Positions 56,517 to 64,000 of a stretch of 64,000 nucleotides of DNA are shown piece after piece (within the stretch, counting starts at the first letter, position 1; every line of letters starts with the position of its first letter). The notes under the pieces are model-generated. The model was not told the origin of the DNA. It ran no database searches and worked only from the letters and a program-made list of their open reading frames with translations. Position numbers and translations under genes: made by a program. The stretch spans positions 58,466,001 to 58,530,000 of the forward strand of contig OX597831.1 of assembly GCA_951406725.2 (NCBI GenBank), given 5' to 3'. The stretch is from Octopus vulgaris (Eukaryota).

Positions 56517-57800
56517 CAGGGGCTGGACAAAATAATGGAAACATCTAGCATCATAGCATCATAATTTTGAAATATCTAAAAAACCGTCAAAAGCTTGTTT
56601 ATTTTAATGTTTTTGATTTATTATTAGTGTTGCTTAACATGTTTTGCTAAAATTGCTGTTTCTTTACAGATATCAGCAGAAAAAGTTAGTTAATATTCAT
56701 TAAAATCACAGATCTATCGGACTTTCAAAGAGGTCAAATTGTTGGTACTCGTTTGGCAGGCACTAGTGTGACGAAAACGGCCGAAAACTTTGGTGTATCA
56801 AGAAGCACCCTCTCGAAAGTATTGGAAGCCTTTGAGAAAGAGGGGAAAAAACCTCCTCGTCAAAACAAAACTCCGGAAGAAAAGCAAAACTTTCAAATAG
56901 GGACCGTCAGGCTCTTACGCGAATTGTTAGAGAGGATCACAAAAGTACAGCTCCCAAAATTACTGCAGAGCTTAATGACCAACTTGAGAACCCAGCTTAG
57001 ACAATAAACTGTTCGCCGGGTGCGGCACAAAGCCCGATTTCATGGGAGGGCTGCAATCAGAAAACCACTACTTTCAAAAGCAAACGTTGCAAAGCGTTTA
57101 GAGGGAAGTAAAAACCAAGGGAATTGGTCCCTAGAGCAGTGGAAAAATGTTATTTTCTCGGATGTCATCCTTTACTTTATTTCCAACTACTGGCCGAGTA
57201 TACGTGTTGAGACAGCCAAAAGAAGCATTTGACCCACACTGCCTTCTTCCAACTGTTGAACATGGAGGAGATCTGTGATGATCTGTTGCGGGGGAGGGCT
57301 ATATCTTGGAAATCTACCGGCCCAATGGTTTCTCTTCATGGCAGAATCAATAGTGAAGACTATTTAAGCAGTTTACCTGATCAAGTTCATCCTATGGTTG
57401 CAGAACAGTTTCTGGAGAGAAACGCAATTTTTCAGGATGATAATGCACCAATTCACAAAGCTAAAGTTGTTGTTACTGAATGGCACAAGAAATATTCTAG
57501 TGAAGTTGAACATCTTATCTCGCCACGACAAAACCCAGATCTCAATATTATTGAAGATTTATTGTGCATTTTAGAAAAACATGTAAGGAGTCGATGTCCT
57601 CCATCATCATCACTACAAGACCTGGAGACTGTTTTAGCTGAAGAATGGACAAAAAATTCGTTTGGAAACAATTCAGACTTTGTACAAGCCCATACCTCGT
57701 AGAATTCAAGCTGTAATAACTGCCAAAGGTGACTGTACCCCATATTAAAATGAATTTGTTTGAAATTTTAAGGTGTTTCCATTATTTTGCCCAACCCCCG
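56517..57800 (+). mobile_element. Full-length defective Tc1-family transposon (DD36E/37E spacing)
   Basis: ~30-bp TIRs caggggctggacaaaataatggaaacatct / aggtgtttccattattttgcccaacccccg|TA; DLSDFQRGQIVG..GTSVTKTA, WKNVIFSD, FQDDNAPIH..PDLNIIE; frameshifted. Confidence 0.92.
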
Positions 57801-58408
57801 TATATACATAACATACACTCACACTCACATGCGGTGGAAAGATATGTTGTTTTAAACATCACACCCTTTAGAAAGATCGTGTTAAGTGTTTGAATTTTCG
57901 AGGATCGAGTATTTAACCATTCTATGAAGAATGGTACGAAAAGGTCTACTGTGCAATAGCCATTAAAAGTATTTTGTACCTCACAAATACATTTTCAGAA
58001 GTGAACATTGAAAGCAGCAGAAGGTTGGTAAAATTTCGGTTATGAATTCCAATTCAAGCGGTTAGTATTCATCGTACTATACTTCCATTTTTATATTTTG
58101 CTGAAAATGTAAATATAATTTGAGTTTTAAATTAATGTTCAAATATACTTTATCTATTCCTTATTTACTGAAACGCATCTTTGCGCGATTTGGTGTATAT
58201 TTTAACTTATTTTGTTTTATCACTTTTAATACGCTAAAAGGAGAATGCATTCAAGCAGCTCCTTTTTATAATAGTCATAAATATTTATGAATTTAAAAAA
58301 AATGTCAGTTATTTATTTTGAGGTAGATTTTGTGAAAACGACATTTAGTTAACAGAATATTTTGTTGAAAGCATATTTTGTCAATGGAATATTAGTCAGT
58401 ATATAATG

Positions 58409-58512
58409 TGCGTTTTTGCTATGTTTTTGTTAAGGATATGTAATGAGGAAAATATAATTATGCGTTCTTCCTATGTTTTTCGTAAGGATATGTAATGAGG
58501 AAAATACAATTA
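58409..58512. repeat. ~52-bp tandem duplication
   Basis: tgcgtt.tt.ctatgttttt..taaggatatgtaatgaggaaaata.aatta x2. Confidence 0.85.
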
Positions 58513-61372
58513 AGCAGATATTTTGTATTTACAGTATAAGAAAGAACATCTATCAAACAATACAAGTATGGATGAATAAATCTAATCCTACATTTATTCA
58601 TCACATAAGATCTAGCATTATTTATTTCTTCGTCATTATGTTTCATTAATTATACTTTCTTAATTACATCTCTTTAAGATTTTTTAATGCTTTTCATGTA
58701 AAATAAATGCTGTTTAAAATATTCCTTTAACAAAATATTCTTTTAGCAAAACACTTTGTAAAGAAAATGTTCTTTTAACAACATAAAGCACAAAATTGAT
58801 ATAAGATTAAAAAGAGTATTATAATTGAACCAAAAATGCATTAAAATAAAGAAAGCTTATTAAAAAACTGAAACGTAAAACTCAAATTGGAGATTAAAAA
58901 CAAAATCAAAATTAAACGTTATGCTGAATATTTAACTTCTGAAAGATAAAATTATGACCAACATGATAACAATCTTTTTATTGTGTTAGATGTTCCATTG
59001 TGGATAAATATTTGCCGCAAATTACATAGACAACTGCAGAGCAAATATATGGTTATAACATTTGCACTAAACTGGAGGTAAATAGTCCATCTATTCAAAA
59101 CCAAATGACAAATGGAGTTTCTTGTTCCCTTAACTGAGATATACGTAGATAATAAACACACTTAATCTGTTTCTCCTTCCTGCATTGACCACCAATAAAA
59201 ATTTATGTTAATCAATTATTTGAAACTGGGTAAGGATTTCACAGAGGAATTTAACTTTGCCTTATGCAGGTGATTTGACTCTTAACTACTGGGTCGCATC
59301 CAGATCAAGTTTCCTAGCCATCTCTCTTGTGTTGCATTTTGTGTTACTATTTATGACTTAACCTACACCTTACTGGCAGCCCATTTGCCAGAGACACCTC
59401 AGCTGTTATAAACATTTCGGTCTGAGAGACAAGTTGTACGTGGGGAAAATGTTACCTTTAGAAGATTACCTACATCCCCCCTTGGCCTTGCTTCTGCCTC
59501 TGCCTTTAGGGCTCCGGTCCACTTTTCCCTAAATACTTAGTAGTTTCATAACAGGCAAGTAGTAGCCAGAGTTGCCCACATTCCTTTTCGCTATCGTTTC
59601 CGGGAATATAAATTAGCCTGCATATATTGGATTCGATTGCCTATATTCAATCGACGGAGGACGAAAGCCACAGCGTGTTCTCTTGACCAAGCACGGTGTG
59701 ATGGAAGCCGTGAGTTTGAGCGAGCCTACTCTGCCACACTGGCTTGACATGGCCTGGCAGTGGGGATGCAGATTTTATATTCATACCCAGGAGTAATTAA
59801 GTGAATTACATGGACCCCAGTGCTCCACTGGTACTTATTTTATCGACCTCGAAGAGAATGAAAGGCAAAGTCCGAATGTAAGTTTGTGTATTTTATCTTT
59901 TACGAGTTTCAATCATTTGATTGCGGCTATGGTGTGCCTTAAAGGGTGTTATTATTTGAACAACACTGTTACAGAGACATATATACGCCAACACCGGTTG
60001 TCACGCGGTGGTGGGGGATAAGTTTCACTGTAGTCACCTATAAATATTTCTAAAGTCTCTGGTGGGCAATTCAAAACATTGTCCGCCTATGGCTTTAATC
60101 TGTCTTTCGTTTCACGGAGAAGCATCGGCCTACTGACAGAATGCAACAAATCAGCCAAGCCTATGCGTCTCATTGAATCACACTTTACCACGTGTGCGTC
60201 GTGATTCAGTGTTTATCCGCTTCAATATCTGTAACCACATTGCCGTAATCTCCAATACCGTCCACTTCTGTGCGGAAAATAACATCTTTTATTTGTTCTT
60301 AACGGTCTGCATGCAATCCTTATCCACATGCAATCTAGACAACTCACGCCAAAGTTGCACTTATTCCATTACTGACTCAGAAAAACATATACCACTCCTC
60401 TCTAAGTGATAATAAACACAGACAGTATGCTCAAGTTCACTACAAAAGCTAGGCCACATCATAAATAATGATTTTTCTTAGATAATATACATTCTTAAAA
60501 TAGCTAAGAACTGCATGACAAAGACTGGTTCGAGGCAGTTCAATCTGAAAATACTACAATCCCCAAATATATAGTAACACTTCGCAATGCCCGTATGTCT
60601 CCTACAATCGAGAACTTTTCCCACAGGATGTTGCTTCTATACGCATAAATATTCTCTGCAGCATGCAGTGAAATGCCACACTGCAGAATGGTTTGTAGTA
60701 GCAAGCACACACGTTCTGTCACCTCTATCGCTACTACAGCGTTCTCTGTCCTCAGGGCTGTTTGTTATATGTCACCTTCACTAAGGCATTGTATTATTAT
60801 TGCCTTAACAAATAATTCTAATTCATTTGAAATAATGGTGTTGCAAACGAAAGACTGTTATTAATTTTTTAATATGTTGGCTCCACCTTTATCATTGATA
60901 TGGCTTTATCTCTCTCTTGCAATGTATTGACCGTCGTAGAGAATATACAATGAAACCGTAACAACAAATCAGAATTTCTCGGCAGATTGACAAAGAAAGT
61001 TTCACAATTGAGAAATTTCTAAAGAAAAGTAATAACGATTTATAACATGGCCAGAGGCATTAAAATTTTAAGAGAGAATACAGTCGATTACGATCGACCA
61101 TACATCCTAAATAGTTCTTATTTTAATGCCTCCATAAGAATAAAATCCGAACTAAAAGGGGCGGAACTAAATTCCGAACGAGAAGAGACGGAACTAAACA
61201 CTGCAAGGCATTCATTTCATTACTTTAACGTTTCTGCCAATCCACACCCACCATTCCTGCCAATCCATAATCCACTATTCCTGCAAATCCATCCCCTCTT
61301 ATTTTGTCACTCGAGTTCCTCCCTAAGATCTAATATTGAACTTTTACATAGATACAGAGTATCCAAATGTTA

Positions 61373-61608
61373 TAGTTTCAGATTTTTGGCACAAAAACAG
61401 ATAGTTTAGGGAAGTGGGTAAGTTGATTACATCGACCCCAGGACTCAACTAGTACCTAATTTATCGACCCCGAAACGATGAAAGGCAATGTCGATCTCGC
61501 TTCAACTTCACCTTGACCTCGCCACGACGTAATTTGAAGTTAGAACGTAAAGACCGACAAAATGCCGCTAAGCATTAGGTCCGGCATGCTAACGATACTG
61601 CCAGTTCC
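61373..61608 (-). mobile_element. SINE family B (more degenerate copies at ~37750-37895, ~59800-59872, ~61045-61240)
   Basis: Reverse complement of core (atcgaccccgaaacgatgaaaggcaa) and head (gctaacgatactgccagttc). Confidence 0.8.
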
Positions 61609-63124
61609 CCTTAAAGTATCCAAGAATAGAATAGTAGATTTTACCAACTCCGTTACCCGAAAAGAAGTTAATAAATACATATTGTCTAATGCTTGGTACT
61701 ATTACGTTGTATCATCAACGTGATCTTGACAAATAAGAATTATCGCAGAGCCAAAGCCTTTTACACCCGTAAAATTCGGTAAGCTTATCGACTCTACTTT
61801 CAAATATCTACTCAGCAGGAAAGGAGAGCATTTAAATTTATATACGCTGTTGAGTATACTTAAAAAGAAAGATGACTGAACATGATTACTGTAATAAATT
61901 TTGTAATGTACTTGAAAGCTGTGAAACGTATCATAACGGCGAGGGGCGGGGTAATCTACTTTATTAAAGAGTTTGAATGCATTTTGATTGATAAAGAGTT
62001 ACTTGATCATCAGTGAGTATCACAGTGAAGTACATACATCATTGTTGTGATTTTCAGGAATCAATATTCATCGAAACGCATCATTCACACTTTAGAAGTT
62101 GTCGGACTAAGGACGTTGCGTTATCCTCTGGTTTCTTGTACATGGCGAGTAGATAAGTGCACAAGTCACATACGATTTCACATTCTTCTACTGACTGTAA
62201 TTAACTTAAAGTTACATGATTACTTTATATTTAATACTGCATCTACTGCAGAACTAATGAAAGAGTATTTAGAAGAAAGCCAAAGAGTTAATAATTCACG
62301 AGAAACAGTGAAACACAAGCCGTAACAAAAAGCCATAACCATTTCTTACGATATAATTTAATCGTGGAAAGAGAAGTTAATACTGTTATTTTGGTTTGTT
62401 ATTATTATTTACAGAAATTGCTGGAGAGATATAATTTGATATATACCCATCTTCTGTTTACACGTTAATACTATCATCATTTCTGTATGATTGCTTTTTT
62501 TGCTAACAAAATTTTATGGCGACCATTTTTCAGCTTTTATCAATAGTTTCAGGAGCTTCTCATAGATGGGTAGGTGAGACTGTATCACGCCTTCTTGCTG
62601 CAAATTGAATTTAGACGTGCCGGTGAGAGAGTACTTTAATCACCTAATTCAACAAATGGAAAAGTAAATGTTAGTCGAACATGTTTTCTAACGTTTAAAG
62701 CTTTTCTAGGAGAAACTCAATCAGGAAATAATTTTGTCAGCGTCGGGTGATTAAGGATGAATTTAATTATGTGCGCTCTTCTGTGTAAAATTGCGTGCAA
62801 AATTAAACATTACACTATATAGTGATTGTTGCATGTTTAAGATCTTTAAGTCACTGTTCTAATATTTATTAAAGCAAGTGGGAGTTTTCATTATTCTATC
62901 GCTTTTGTTTTTCATTTGAAGTAATGATTAGTTTCCCTTGCACAACATTGTGAAATTGTATAGAGATACATTGAGAACATCGTATTGCGATATTTCGTCC
63001 ATTTGATGAAAAATAGCAAGGAGCCTCTCTGGTCTAACTATGGTACCAAACACAGTGAATTACGAGGAAGAGATTTGGAAAATAGCTTTAGATAGTGATA
63101 TTCTTTAAAGGCATCCAAATATTT

Positions 63125-63310
63125 ATTTCAAGTTTTGGCACAAGGCCAAAATTTCGGGAGAGGGATAGCTCGATTAGTTTGACCCCAGTGCTCCACTGGT
63201 ACTTATTTCATCGATCCCGAACGGATGAAAGGCAAAATCGACACCGGCGGAATTTCAACTCAGAACATGAATACAGACGAAATGCAGACGAATACAGACG
63301 AAATGCCGCA
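63125..63310 (-). mobile_element. SINE family B with ~21-bp internal duplication
   Basis: Core cgatcccgaacggatgaaaggcaaa; gaatacagacgaaatgc repeated. Confidence 0.8.
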
Positions 63311-64000
63311 GATTTTCTCTTAAAAATCTGCACTATCTGTTTCAAAAGCTTAATATCTTGCTTCTGGGGTGGGATGGTTTCCTGACCAGTAATATGCCGG
63401 AAGAATGCTAATACTATTGAACTGATGATTCCCATGACGTTGGTTCAAACTGCCAGTAATGATATGGAAATGCATCTAGCAGAGTGCCTCTAGATGCGTA
63501 ACAATCGTTAATCCCTTTTTGTTATCCGTTTTGTCGATTTCAAGAACTGAAGAGCACCATGTCGAATATAAGGGCATAATTATTCCTTTCGCCAGCTATT
63601 CATTAATTGTATCAAACAAAACATATTCATATTTTAGCTTAGGCGGAAGTTGATCTTTTCCGATAACAATATGATTCATAGCTTTATGACGCAATACAAG
63701 TTGTGACAAACTGCCTTTCTGTATATTTCAGTGTTTCTCCCTCGACAAAAGGCAAGTGACGCTGTAAATATATAAAATTTTATTTAAGTGAAAGGGTGAA
63801 GTCATTACCAAGTTTTCAAGCCTGATGGGTTAAACGAAAATAGTTTTACTAATTCACTAAGTATATTTTTGTAACTATAAATTTCCGGTGCAATGGAATT
63901 TTTTGCTGTTGAAGAGTATGTACGAGTAATGCTATTTTCATCCTACACTTTTGAATTTCAGGCCACGTTATTCCTTCTAGTAGCAGACTGCAGATGTTCC

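Noticed and set aside
60050-60860. Possible decayed RTE-like LINE
   Set aside because: No clear RT motif could be read.

Overview
AT-rich, microsatellite-dense eukaryotic DNA with no host exon I can support. The SINE families and compound microsatellites suggest an octopus-type cephalopod intron or intergenic region (inference). Almost all short ORFs in the track are microsatellite or SINE artefacts. The window is a patchwork of mobile elements. (1) Two R4/Dong-type RT+restriction-like-endonuclease LINEs sit head-to-tail in one (AAT)n array (14354-20900); the first is 5'-truncated but keeps an unbroken 824-codon frame, and two more 3' remnants lie elsewhere. (2) A decayed Penelope-like element (PLE) spans about 8461-10880. 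(3) Three tRNA-derived SINE families are present. (4) Several Tc1/mariner relics and MITEs occur, plus an L1/Tx1 RT relic. The most interesting unannotated signal is a set of minimal hammerhead ribozyme (HHR) motifs. One is complete, with a U3-A8 covariant core (30974-31016). Three lie in ~200-bp non-coding elements abutting (TA)n repeats (39496, 43861, 54600), one of them with an inverted 5' arm. Degenerate motifs occur in the PLE 5' region and in the tail of a tRNA-headed SINE. Together they point to microsatellite-associated, ribozyme-bearing non-autonomous retroelements probably mobilised by PLEs. All structures were read by eye; none were computed.
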